This document shows, piece after piece, positions 26,377 through 39,470 of a stretch of DNA of 64,000 bases (within the stretch, counting starts at the first letter, position 1; each line of letters begins with the position of its first letter). Below the pieces are notes generated by a model. The model was not told the DNA's origin. It did no database searches and saw only the letters and a list, made by a program, of their open reading frames with translations. This DNA comes from Vicugna vicugna (lineage: Eukaryota), in NCBI GenBank assembly GCA_013265495.1, contig MU058423.1:6114939-6178938 (forward strand), read 5' to 3'. The position numbers and the translations under genes were made by a program.

Positions 26377-28449
26377 AGTCTTATTATCAGTATTGAAAGC
26401 ATTATCAGTATTTGAAAGTCATTTATCAGTATTATGAATGATAGACTTTGACTTCTTAAAATAAAATACATAAGGGACTTCTTTGCCTTTCTTCTTTTAT
26501 TTTATCCTTCCTCCTGCAGGCACTGCCTCTTTTCTTTCCATATTTGAATTTGGTATAAATGTCCTTTAAAAGCCACTATCTGGCTAAAAATAAAGCTCAG
26601 TTATGCCAAACAATTCTTCTGGAAATCAAAGGTGGGCATTTGGAATTCTTTTGATATTGCAAGCTCCAGCACAGCTCTGTTCTAAGGTAATGGAAGTTAT
26701 AGTAATGTTGAATAAAGTCTCAATAATTACCTCTATTTTTTAAGACATGAAAGGAAAAAAAAAATATATATATAGAAGTTTCTCTTTCTACTCTTCAATA
26801 CTGTACTAAGTGATTTTTTTAAAAAATTGCTCCCTATTAATTCTGTGTTCAAAATAACCTTACTGTGCCAAATTGCTGTTTCTTCATATAATTTTGAAGC
26901 AGACTTTTTTCTAACATTTTGTTTCTAGTTTTCTCTTCTAATCCATTTCTTTTAACTCCTGTTTTCTGTATTTCTCAGTGTTTCCCTGGAGTCAATGTTT
27001 TCTTAAGAACAGGCCCTATAATCCCCAGGAGATCAGTACTCCCTGGAGTTTGATTTTCATCCTGATTGGCTGTGCTGAGACTCAAACTGTGATCTTTGTT
27101 GAACAGCGGGCCTCCCCCAGTACATCCTTGTGAGTTGAGCTCAAAAGCTATTTATTAGCTTAGTTAAAATGCAGTAACAGATTTGGCATATAAAATTTCT
27201 ATAGAATATATGCGATTCTTTGAAAACTAGGTATGCAAAAGTAAAATAAATTTGCATAAATATATTCTAAATAATTATGACAGGCAGTTGTTTCCTTCTC
27301 TTTAGAACTAGTGTGTGGTTAAAGTAAATATGCTAAAGTAGTCTGAGTTCTTTAGATAAAAAATAAAAGATAAAACAAATTGAAGTATCAGTCATACCTT
27401 CCAAGCAGGAAGAAAAACATAAATGAAAACTCCAAATCTAGCTTAATGTTTAGTCCCTTCAAAGAGATCAGCTCATCAAAAATGAACACTTCCTTATGAT
27501 AACCAATTTACTTTAAAATTATATTGCTCTTTATTACCAGCTTCCACTGATAACATCAGTTACATGATTAAGTCTATTTTATTTAATCTATTCCCTTCAT
27601 ACAATTTGAACTTTATCTTGATGACTTATTTTCATTTTTGCAAGTTTATTAAACTAACTTTGTCTTATTACTTATTACCATTATATGCTATTAAAAAAGC
27701 CTTGGCTTAACATAGACAAACATTACTGATATTTCTACACAGTTTAATTGTTCTATTTATTTCAGGCACTTCTTTCATTATTATTAACTTTATATTTTAT
27801 CAACTTTTTAAAAAAGTTCTAAATTTTATGTTAATGCCTTCAAATGAAGTCAAACTGATCACAGAGTGTAAATCATTATTCAAAATCATTTTCATGATTT
27901 TGAAAACAATATTGTTGCTGATTTTATGATATGACACTCTTTGTCAAAATATTTGTGAATTTGCACATTTTGTGAGCAATTGCTGTCAGAAAATATTTTT
28001 AACCAGCAAATTTAGAATATAAATGCTAAAAAATTTTGAATTAAAAGGAAATATTTTGAAAATATATTGTCTTGTGAAGGTAAACACTACATTTAAAGTA
28101 TGCATTCTTGTGCTTGATATATTTATTCATTTTCCTCAAAATGTAAATGTTTTAACAAATGTTGCAAATGTAGAAAAATAAATTAACTTTACATCAAAGA
28201 GCAAACATCTTACAAATGGCACTAGGAGACCAGTTGTATTTAAGATGTCTGATATTGCCTTATGTCTGTATTAATAATAAAATATTTTATGCACTATTTC
28301 TCCTCATGGAAAAAAAAAGAATATAATGCTAAGATGTCCATGAAGAACTAGAGAAAACTTAACAGATTGTGGGAATTTTATTGAGATATTTATAAAAAAA
28401 GAAAAAGGTAATACCATAATTAAAATAGTTGTAATGTTTAAGTGCAATA

Positions 28450-28590
28450 TGAAGCTCACTGTAACTGAGAACTCTTGTAAGTGCTTTACATATTTTAATT
28501 CACTTAATCTTCCAAATAACGCTGTTACCCTTCCCATTATACAAATATGAAAACTAAGGAAACAGTTAATTTCATATTTATGCACTATTA
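28450..28590 (-). mobile_element. MIR remnant
   Basis: 'aagtgctttacatattttaattcacttaatcttc...cccattatacaaatatgaaaactaagg'. Confidence 0.65.
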
Positions 28591-29445
28591 ACACGGAAAC
28601 GCATTTTTCATAAAAAATGGTGATGATCCTAAGAGATAAGCATTACTCTTGTTAAAAAAATATATCAAACTTTTAATACATTTAGTTGATTCTGTTCAAG
28701 TTTAAGGCTTCTGTCAGTTGTATGTGGAATAAAACACATGCTTTTTCTGTATTTTCCATTTTCATGATTTTGAAAACAATAGTCCCAAAGTTATAGTAAG
28801 TGGATAGTAAATACTTCTTTACAAGCAACACAGTATAGCGATATAACAGAATTTGTTAGCCAGTAAGAACACTGTTGAAACATATACCCATTGCTTATGA
28901 ATTAATTCAGTGGCTTATGTAAGTATCCAAGGTCTGGCACTATATCAATGCTTTCTCTGTTAAATAAAGGCACTAGAAGTCTGTGGCTGTTATATATAAA
29001 ATTACTACCGTAGAGAAGATACTTTATAAAAGGTTACTCCCTTTTCTCCCTCTCCCCTTACCTACAGTATTAAAGGTTTCTCACAATCAAGTTTTTTTTT
29101 CCTTCAGTACATCTCATGCCTTAGGAATTCCTTTTTCCCTCTTATTTTGGGTGTCATGCCAAGTATTTGAATTGGTAGAGCTGATGTTGTAGAAACTATT
29201 TATTTTTATGACCACAATTAATGAATAATGTATTGGTGAACATGGGTGCTTGGATAGGACACATGCAGTATCTAGCTTGAGATGTGCAAATATGATTACA
29301 TGAAGGAATTTGTGGCATTACTGATTTAAAAGAGTGGTTGAAATAAACTTCAGACAGAAATTTGTGTTTTAGGGATATTTGGAAGCAAGGGCTTACATGC
29401 TATCACAAATTTTTCTCTTTCTAATATCACAGCTATGTCTATCCA

Positions 29446-30091
29446 TGTGTAGCAAAGAATTTAATCTTGGGCAAAGTGTGGCTGGGCCTTTGTCTGTGGG
29501 TTCTGGGAGGTAATCTTAAACCTTTGGAATGCGGTGCTTGTTAGAATAATTTTATTTGCCTGTGGGCTTGGACCATCTGACAAGATTTAACAAGGTAATT
29601 TAGGATGATACTGTTAGATTAGGTAATCAGTGTGAAGGCTCTGGTTCACGTGGTATAAGCTTAATCTTATGAGGGACTGGAGGCTGAGATCAGTCACTTA
29701 AAGAGTCTGCCATATCTATGTAACATATGTCCTCATTTTAGACTCTGGACTGAAAACTCAAGTAAGCTTTTCCAGTTGGCAGTATTCTGTGTGTGTTGTC
29801 ACACATTAATGCCAGGGTCCTAATACTGTCCATGACTTCAAAGGGAAAAAAACAATTAGAATATCTACTTTTGGAAATTTCTTGGACTCTGCCCTATGTT
29901 TCTTCCCTCGGCTGACTGTAAATTTATCTTTTAGCTATAATTAACCTCAGTTACAATTATAACAGCTTTCAGTGAGTACTATGAGTCTTTCTAGAAAATT
30001 ACTAAATATAAGAAGAGTTTGAGGTACCTCTGAACTTGCAGTTGGTGTCAGAAGTGAGAGCAGTCTTTTTGGACTGTTCCCTAACTTTGCA
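29446..30091 (+). mobile_element. MER21-like LTR (ERVL class)
   Basis: 'aaagaatttaatcttg...ggcctttg...ctgggaggtaatct' 5' part and 'gcagttggtgtcagaagtgag' 3' part. Confidence 0.75.
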
Positions 30092-30161
30092 ATAAGTCAG
30101 TTTTATTTATGTAACACCTTGTGGGAGACATATCCATCAAAAACATTCAAGTGTTATGTTC

Positions 30162-30619
30162 TGTGATAGAAATGGGTTAGATCTTCAGCAAACACCCCCC
30201 TTTTTTTTCTCCCTGACTCACTGTTAAATGTTTTTCAGCCTCCTTTACAGCTTGGTGAGATCATGTGACTAATTCTCATAACTGGGCTATGAACACAAGT
30301 CAGACATAACACCAAGGTTTAGATAGTTAATTATGGGAGTGTCTACTTCAAAGTCTTTCTAACCTGACATCCAGCTATCAGCTAGATGCCACCAAGGCAG
30401 TCTTAAAAATCCATGAGAAAATACCTAGGAAGGAAGAAAGATTCTAAGACAGCCAGGAATGTAGGCTACATGTGGCAGTATGAAAGCTGTTGCTCCCTGA
30501 GCCACAACCACTTAACAACATTGACTTTGATGTGAGTGAAACATATATCTTTATTTTGTTAAACACAATTTGGAATTTGTTTGTTACCAAGCATAGTATA
30601 GTCTAACCCGACTAGTCCA
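30162..30619 (+). mobile_element. MLT1-family (MaLR) LTR remnant
   Basis: 'tcatgtgactaattct' and terminal 'tttgtttgttacc..gcatag...ccgactagtcca'. Confidence 0.65.
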
Positions 30620-31579
30620 TCAAACCCATGTTTAGCCAATATAGAGAGAATGACCAAAGTCTCTCTGTTTCTTAGTGAAAATCTCAGGGAAAGATACACT
30701 GAGTGGTTCAGATTTAGTCAGAGAATGCCCCTCCGTCCTGCTCTCGACTCCCTGGAAGAGAGTACCAGATCAGCTTGTACTAACACAGAGGATCCATGAA
30801 AATCATTAGATAAGAGGAAAAGAAGGCCTTAAGAAACGGGTGAGGGGCAGCTAATCTTATTTATGTCCATCATAGTGAAGTTTGGGACTTCATGTTTGTT
30901 TCTAAGATGATTTGCTGCTACTAAAATTTATGTCTTGTGAATGTTCCTTTTATTACCATATAAAATATGCAAGCTGTAAATTCAAGCTGTAGTCCTAATC
31001 TTATTGTCAGGGTGGAAAATATTGTGTATCTCTATGTAAAAGCGTGAAACTTTGATCGCCTTCGTGTTAATTGTCCCCTATTTTACCTGTATTGATTGTT
31101 TTCAGTTGCATTTATGCAGAGACGTTAAATTCAATCAAAAGTAAAAGCCATGATTGATCCAATCAGCCAGCTCAGTCTGTATGGGGCACTTTAGATCAAA
31201 GTGGGACTCTCAAATTTAATTAAATCCAGCTGTCTTGTATACTTTAGTATTTACACGATTCCCTACCTATTGCCTTGATTTTCCTTCCCTCAGTATTGAA
31301 CTTACTGGCAGTTTTTAGTCTGCTTAGCTATTTGGTCCGAGATAGAAGCCAGCCATTACAGTATTTGTTCATAAGGTATGAAGCTTTATTAATACAATTA
31401 CAAATGTAATAGGTTCTGCAAATTTTGTTAATGATCAGCAATACATTTTATATCTTCCCAGGAGCAATCCACAAATGGACAGAAAACTATTTCAAAAATG
31501 TTGATATGTTTCAACAATATATAGAGCTGACAAAAATTAATCACAGAGGTTTCAAGTTGAATATTAGCTATTGGTCTTC

Positions 31580-31760
31580 TGTGAGTCTGGCTCTGTGCTG
31601 GTTGTTCTCACAAGTCCTGTATCATCTAATTTTCCCAACTCTGTTCAGTAGGTATTATTAGCTTGATTTTACCAATGAGGAAATTGAAGCCCAGAAAGAC
31701 TAGGTAACTTACTTATATTTATGTTTAGTCATTGTGTCCACATTAAAAATCTTGCCATCT
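31580..31760 (-). mobile_element. MIR remnant
   Basis: 'gtaggtattatt...ttttaccaatgaggaaattgaagcccaga'. Confidence 0.65.
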
Positions 31761-32649
31761 GAAATTAAACCAAGTGTTTGAGTATGTGACTTTTAAATAA
31801 ATTTAGATGAACCTACAATTATTTGGTTCATGAGAGATTATTAAATATGAGGCTATTATATGTTAAAACATTGATTTCCTCAAAAAGAACTTTACTGCTG
31901 CTGCTTTTTGGGAAGATTACTGAATTCTTGAGTTAAGTATACGTACATCTCTCTATTTTAATATTTTAGAATAAAGGTCTTTTTTAACATGAATTTTGAA
32001 CAATACTTGAGTAATACTGAAACACTTCACTCAGCCCTGTAAGTATATTTTGATAATATCTATTTAGGCAATGTGTCATAAAATGACTTTTTGATTTTAG
32101 TGAATTTGCTAAAGGAAAAAAAAATATTAGGAACAATTACTAAAGCTGATCAGGTATGTAACTACAGTGTAAAGATATTATTGATCTTTGCACTTGAATT
32201 CTGTACAGAAAATAAAAATAACTATCATGTGCTGATGGATGATATCATGATTCATTCATGTATTGTCTTACTAAATGTTGGGCTCTTCAAAATTAAGATC
32301 TAGGCCTTTTCCTTTTAGTCTGTTCTCCTTAGGTATTCAGATATAATTTTCTCTCAACTTTTTTTGTTAATATTCTTCAAATATTTTGAGTTATTTTTGT
32401 GAGACTGTCAGAACTTTTTCAAGGACATTTTGTAATTAGCTTATTTTTTATAAGCTAAAAATATATATACCATTAAAGAGAAATAATGTCTCTGTAACGT
32501 ACTAACTGCCTTTTAATAATTTCACTTGATGATAAAATTACCTGATAGTATAAGTTGTACATTTTATTATTAATGGATATAGAAATACTAGGACACTGCA
32601 ATTCATTAGTGGGTTGTTTGGGAAGAAATATTACAGTATACTAAAATGT

Positions 32650-32850
32650 TATAAAGTCAGTGCTGGGTATAAATTCTATCTCTGATCTCATATTACAGCA
32701 CCTTTTCTTCACTTGGAAAATAGGAATAATAATCCAAAATCATATGGTTATTCTGAGGCTTGAAGGAGATACACACACACACACACACACACATATACAT
32801 ACACAGCATGCCAAAGACATGACAAGGAGACAGGCAATTAACAATTAAGC
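32650..32850 (+). mobile_element. MIR remnant containing a (CA)n microsatellite at 32771-32793
   Basis: 'ttttcttcacttggaaaataggaataataat' MIR core; the CA run is read directly. Confidence 0.6.
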
Positions 32851-35800
32851 AAACAGATAACATGAGATGATATTGGACTCTGTATTTCTGGTATAAAATG
32901 TAAATTAATTATGACTGGGCAGTGTGGTGGTTAGGGACCTACTTTAATTGATGGAGGAAGAAGGGCTCCAAATAGAGGAGTTGAGGAGTAGAAAATGGAG
33001 AGTTAATGGATATTTGAGAAGAAAGAGGTATGCTTTTGGTGAGTGAGAGAGCCAACAAACTCAACAAGTGTGATAGGATTTCAAGTCAGTTTTAGAAGTT
33101 GTGCTCATAACATTAAAGTATATCCAATCATCAAAGCCATAAGTTCTTTCCAGATGAATTCAGCCCCATGGTCAAAGGATAGGCAGTTTTCTTGAAGTAG
33201 AAGAGTTATTTTGCAAAGAGCATTTGAATGAGTGAATCTATATTCTGAGTAAGTAAGCCTCCATCCAGTTCAAGTTCTATTTTGGTAATATGAATTACAA
33301 AACTTGCTTACATAGGAAAACAAAAGCAATAAATACTCTTTCATTAATGCAGGTTTTACAATATTCATAGAATGAAAGATGTATATATCTATAGTCTCAG
33401 ATTGGTAATCAGTTGCCAAATGACATTTGACAAGTTAAAAGGATGCAAGGTTATGCTGGGCTTGAAAAGCAGGGGTGCAAAGATGCTTGGGAAAGGAGCA
33501 GATGCAGTGTTTACCTACCTGTAGTTTTACATCCCTCATAAGTTCACTGCTGAAGTCAACCACTCCCTTATTCAACATTTTGCTTCTCCTCTAGAGAATT
33601 CACACATATTCTGCTTCTACTTAACTGGTACTTCTGAGTCTTAGAAAGGCAAGAGATAAAAAAAAATGGAAAAATTTAAAAATGAATATGATAAAATCTG
33701 GGAAATTTTGGAAAAGGTTGAAAAGATGGGGGATGGAAATGACAGGAAAAACTGAAGAAAGAGAAAAGAAAATAATGTGATGAAGGCCTAGGTAGGAGTG
33801 GAGAAATTTGTAAAACCTAAGACAAGAAGAGGAATAAAAGAAAACCCAATATAGGCTAGATAAATACAAAAGGAAACAAGGAAGTCTGTTACTGTGAAAA
33901 GCACAGTAACAAATTTAGCTAAGTGGGCATTGTTTTTTCTGCCTAAAGGAGCAACGGTTATTTTTATGTGATTCAGAGAATTTATCAGTATGAGTAATAG
34001 GGTTAACGCTCTTAGAAGTAAGGACATACTTTTGTGGCATTGCTATAGACTGGAATATTGTGCAAGAGATATTAAATGCACACATATATGCACATGTGCA
34101 CACATTCTTTAAATTAAAAAAATTAGTTTAAATTCTATAGAAAGCTCAGCTGCTGTGACCTCATCTAATCTAGTAGCACTTGCCACACCAGAGAAAGCTT
34201 ATGTCTGTTCCCTTTTTAAGCTCTACCCTGACCTCAGCTGCTTGGATAATATTTTGGTGTAAAGAGACCATGTCATTTGGGAGATGGCTAGTTTTATCTC
34301 ATTTTAAAAACCACAGTCACCTCAAGATGACATTTCCTCTTTCCTTTGACCCATTCCCTTTTTCTTTCTCAAAACTACAAAAATCAAAGGAAACACTGAA
34401 ATCTCTTTCCTTTATGTTATCCAACTTGCTTTCTCAGTACTGTTCAAAAAAGTGACCTTGGAGTTCTAAAATGTCTAAAATGATTTGGAGAAAAGTTTCC
34501 AGCTGATGCTGCTTGATTTCAAACCAACACTTGGCAGACAGAGTCTTGAGCTAATTGAAAACTCCACAGGATCAAATTTTTGTGTAATGAGATAAACTAA
34601 ATGGCCCATTACAATGGTTGGGATGAATATAGCTTGGTACCAGAAATCCCCAAGTGCACCTCATTGGTTCTCTGAAACGAAACACACCCAAGCCACACAA
34701 TGTGTGCACTAAGAGTGACTTTGGTGACTAATTCCTTCCTTGTTAACTTGACATTCCAGCTGTGGAGAAGGTGAATCAGTTAGTTCATCATTTCATGTTA
34801 TTCGAAGTGTTAGATAAAATGCCTTCTTGTAAAATATCAATGGAAGGTTTGTCATAAAGAGTTAATTCTCAATTGACAAGTGCTACAGTTATTCATCAGC
34901 AACTACTCCTTAAGTTTCTATTATAAATAGGCACTCTTCTTGGTCCTGGAGATGTGGCTCTGAGCAGTAGCAATGTCTTGCTGATGCAAAGCTTATATTC
35001 TCACACGTAAGTTGATTTAAACAGAACAGCACTAGTGCAGGTAAGGAATTGGCAGAAGGCGTGGTGGGAAGAACCTCTTGAGTACTACACACACTGAATT
35101 GTCTCATTTTCTCATCAAAACACAGTAAGTCTAATGAACCTCCACCAAAACCATGGTAAAACAGGAATAATATTAATTGTGCTGACAAGAATCCCTTGCA
35201 GAAAGGATTAGTGCACCTGTGCAATGTTTATTATCCTTGTTGTCATGAACAGCAAGAACTACAGAATGACTATTGATTAAATTTGCAATTAAAATGTAAA
35301 CCTGAGAGACATTTCAGACACTAGAAACTCATTGATGTTGTAACAGTGGCTCTCCCCAAACTGAGGAGAAATGCATGAATCAGCATGTGCTATAGATTGT
35401 CCCAGACTTAGAGGATAATTAGAAGTTGCAGTATCATGAATAAAAAAGGAGAAAATTTCAGAAAGGATTATGTCATATTCATTTCTTTAGTTTTTTCTTC
35501 ACTAATGAAATAGCTGAGAAAGGACCACACAATCTCATAAAAAATAGCTAGTTATATCATAATTTATGTCATGATAAAGATAGAAAATTCCCACAAGTGA
35601 TCTCTCCATGAAGGTAAAGAGAAACTCAGCAGATGCTAATTACGCATGTAGGTGGTCAGTGAGGAGGTAGCACTCTTAAATTCAGGTTCTCAAAATTGCA
35701 CCCATTTGAGGTGTAATTCGTTAACTATCAATAAACAAACAGAAAAAACGCAAGAAAATCAACTTTATTAGCTTAACAGTGATATTGAAGACGGCTGTGA

Positions 35801-37444
35801 GAAATCACACACCAAAATGGAAATGGTTCAAATCGGAGGTCAGAGAAAATGAGAAGGCATAGAATGGCCTCATTTCACTTTGGAATGTGGCAGTTATACA
35901 TGAATTTTGAACTATATGAAGGGTAGGCATATTAAAAAAAGATTGTTTAAAATATTTTTAACTATATCTTTAATTGAGGTATGTAGTGGTACATAGGAAC
36001 CAATCTAGATTAAAAGAATTATCATTGACTATTGAGATGAATTAAATTATAAAGTGCCTTAAATCATAAATCCATGCTTTAATGTTTTTTTACAGATAAA
36101 GGAGGAAAAAAAAACAAAATAAAAAAATAAGCCATTTTCAGAGTTGCTTCATCTACATTATAGGGTAAAATATCTTTATTTCCTTTCAATAAAATTTCTT
36201 TTTATGATGGAATAAAATCTGTTACCACTTTGATTACTGTGAAAAAATGTTAAATATTAGCCTTAATACACATAGGTACTCAATAAAATCAAAAGCTTTC
36301 AATGAATTAAATTATTTCTCTAATTTACTTATTATTTAAACTATTACATGTCCTTTGTCAGCACCATGAAAGAGTGCCAAACTTACCTAATGCTATTCAA
36401 AATAGAAATGATTCAGAATATGCTACCTTTCTATCCCAGATTTAAAGAAAACAAATTTCTCTTTTATTTGTCTTTTTGTCAGCTATATATCAGTGTTTAT
36501 ATTCATCATGTGAATGAGGACATTATCATATAAACAGAAATAGATCTAATTATGTTGTATTCAACAATATTTTGTCAGATTCATTTGAGCTAAAGTAGAA
36601 AGCAGAACCATGCACATGTATGTGTTAGAAGAACTTTCATGACATATTATAATATTATTAGTATTCATTTCTCACCAAAATAATATGAAAATCAAGCATG
36701 GTTATATTTTCCAAGAAAAGTGAATACTATTTCAATAGGATGATAATACTGATAAGACTACAGGTCATTTTCAGAGAAGTTGAAGAGTAATAGAATTTGG
36801 CTGGTATACTTAATTCATGTCTTTTCCCTGAATTATTATTATTATTTTATTTGCTATTTTGAAAATAGCAGCATGATATTAGAAAAATATTCTATATCAC
36901 ATCACTCCTTTAGTTCAAACATTTGATGCTTAGAGCTACTTGCATTCATAAAAGCTATACTTTTTAAGAAATTACTTGTCCATTTTGTTGCACTTTCATT
37001 AAATGGATTGGTTTACCCAATTTCCTTACCTGAAAAATGTTTTCTTTTTAAATACAACATTTAAACTAATATTAGATGGTATTTTATGCATTTTATTCAA
37101 TATAAAATGCATAAAATTTTACTCTAAAGAAAATTTTGTATTTGTTTGGAATTTTTTTTTCTGAGCCACATGTTAAGCATATATGTGAATGAAATATATA
37201 TATGAATGAAATAATTTAATTTTGAATTATATTTTGGACATATATAGATGAAGGATATTAATCTGTAAAAAGAGTTAAGTTACTTCTCCAGTAAGGAGTG
37301 TAATAGAATATGAATCTATCCATCTGACTCCAAAGTCAAAGATCTTTTGGACTTCCTAGTGCATTTCTGATGGAATAGTTAGAATCAGACCATTGCATTC
37401 CTACTCAGAAATAAAAATAATACATTTTAAAATAAGAAATACAA

Positions 37445-38093
37445 AAACAATATGGAAGTTTCTCAAAATATTAAAAATAGAGCTGCAGATGATCCAGCAA
37501 CTTCACTTCTGGCTATAGATCTGAAGAAAATGAAGACACTAATTTGAAAAGATAAATGGACCCCAATGTTCATTGCAGCACTTTTTAAAATTGGGAAAAT
37601 ATGAAAGCAACCTAAGTGTCCATCAACAGATGAAGGGATAAAGCAGATGACTATTAGCCATAAAAGGGAATGAAATTTTGCCATTTGTTACAACATGGAA
37701 GGTATTATATGCCTAGTGAAACAAGCCAGAGAAAGACAAATACTGTAAACTTTTGTACGCTTTCATTTATATGTGGAATGAAAAAAAAAAACAAATAAAA
37801 GAATATAACAAAACAGAAACAAATTCACAGATGTAGAGAACAAACTAGTGATTACCAGAGGAGAGAAATGTGGGGGGAGGGGTGAGATAGGTGAAGGGGA
37901 TTAAGAGGTACAAACTGCTAGGTATAAAATAAATAAGTTATAAGTATGTAATGTACAGCATAGGGAATATAACCAATATTTTACAATATCTTTATATGGA
38001 TATCTAATTTATACAAATATGGAATCTCTATGTTGTACACCTGAAACTAATATAATATTGTAAGCCAACCATATTTCAGTTAAAATAAATAAA
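37445..38093 (+). mobile_element. LINE-1 3' end (L1MA-like)
   Basis: 'aatgttcattgcagcac', 'aacctaagtgtccatcaacagatgaa', 'tgtacacctgaaactaatataatattgt' and an A-rich tail. Confidence 0.9.
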
Positions 38094-38631
38094 GAGAAAA
38101 TGAAAAGAAGAAACAACCACATGACACTGAAAAATTGATAAGAAAGATAAGACTTGAGGGGATAAGGAGAAGTGGTTGGGAAAACACTCAGAGACATGAA
38201 CCAAAATTCTGCAGTTACTTTTTCCTTCAGGCCATTTTTGGATCCATTACCCGTAGTGGGCATCCATACAAAATGTCTACCCTAGAATTGCAGTGAAAAG
38301 GGAGAGACAATGAACTGAGTACCACATTCTGCTCTTTTTTCCTTTCAAACTTTTTTTCTGATTTCTAAAGAACACGGGACAGAAGGCAAATAATGGGAGC
38401 AAAAACCTCAGAAATGCAGAAATGCTTGGACAGCTTTGCATTGTTGGTGATGCATTGTTGTGTTATGATTCATAAATTATTATATGAGTTGTGATTTATT
38501 CAACAAACAAGTTTTAAGCACTATAAATGCACAGATAAAAATGTTTTCAGCTGGGGAGTCTGTTGAAGAGTAGATAATTTGAAGGGTTTCTGGTAAATGA
38601 GCAGGCATTGAACCGTTTTCAAATGTTCCCA

Positions 38632-39146
38632 GGTTACTGAATGTGGGCTGACTGCTCGCCACTCATTAAATCAATAAGCAGATGCAATGTTGCTAGAAAG
38701 GAAAATTCCTTTTAATCAGAATGCTGGCAATCTTCAGGAGATGGTGGGCTTGTGCCCCAAGGGCCATCTCGAAGATTCTGCTCACCTGTGGAAGTTTTTA
38801 AAATGAAAAAGGGAAGTAATCATTGATATAGGGGTCGGAGTCAACACCACCCCAAATTTCATGCAGGTTTGTCATGCAGGCTTGTCAATTCTCTGTGAAT
38901 TTTCTTAAGATGCTATCTTGTTTACACATTTTGCTTGTGAGATTGCTGAAGGGGAAGCTAGGAAACAGACCTGGTCATTTGTTAATTACTTATTCTCCAT
39001 TTCTACTTCCTTGATCTGTGGGAAAAAGACCAACAGGTAAGGCAAGGTATTGTGTGATCAAAAGAAGGGCATGGGGGTGCCCGGTTTAAGGTTAGTGGCA
39101 AGACAAAAGAGGCCTCCTGCAGAGAGCTGCTTCTTGCTCAGTTTCA
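38632..39146 (-). mobile_element. Solo LTR, ERV1 class
   Basis: 4-bp TSD CCCA (38628-38631, 39147-39150). Termini (G)GTTAC...TTTCA with the first T mutated. Minus-strand ATTAAA near 38711-38716. Confidence 0.85.
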
Positions 39147-39470
39147 CCCATATTCGCCTATATGCAATTAGACATTTTCTCTTAAGTGATCCTACAGTAT
39201 TTTGCTCACACTTCTATTACACCACCTATATTAATACATTTTAATTATGCTTTACACATTTGACTCTTCTCTCCCACCAACTTCTACCAGTCTGTGCTCA
39301 TGGCAGGCAGAGCTCTCATTTTGTTTATTTTATTTCAGTGACAATATGCTCATTGAATAAATGGAGAGGCTATTTGTGAGTCCTTGAGTAGTCAAAAGAC
39401 TTCACGGAAGTATGGGATCTGGGCCAATTCTCATATGATGTTCAGAAAGAAGATAATCAAAAGGTAGGGT

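Noticed and set aside
34910..35224. 104-aa minus-strand ORF and nearby + strand donors (GTAAGT, GTAAGG)
   Set aside because: No recognisable homology and no coherent exon chain
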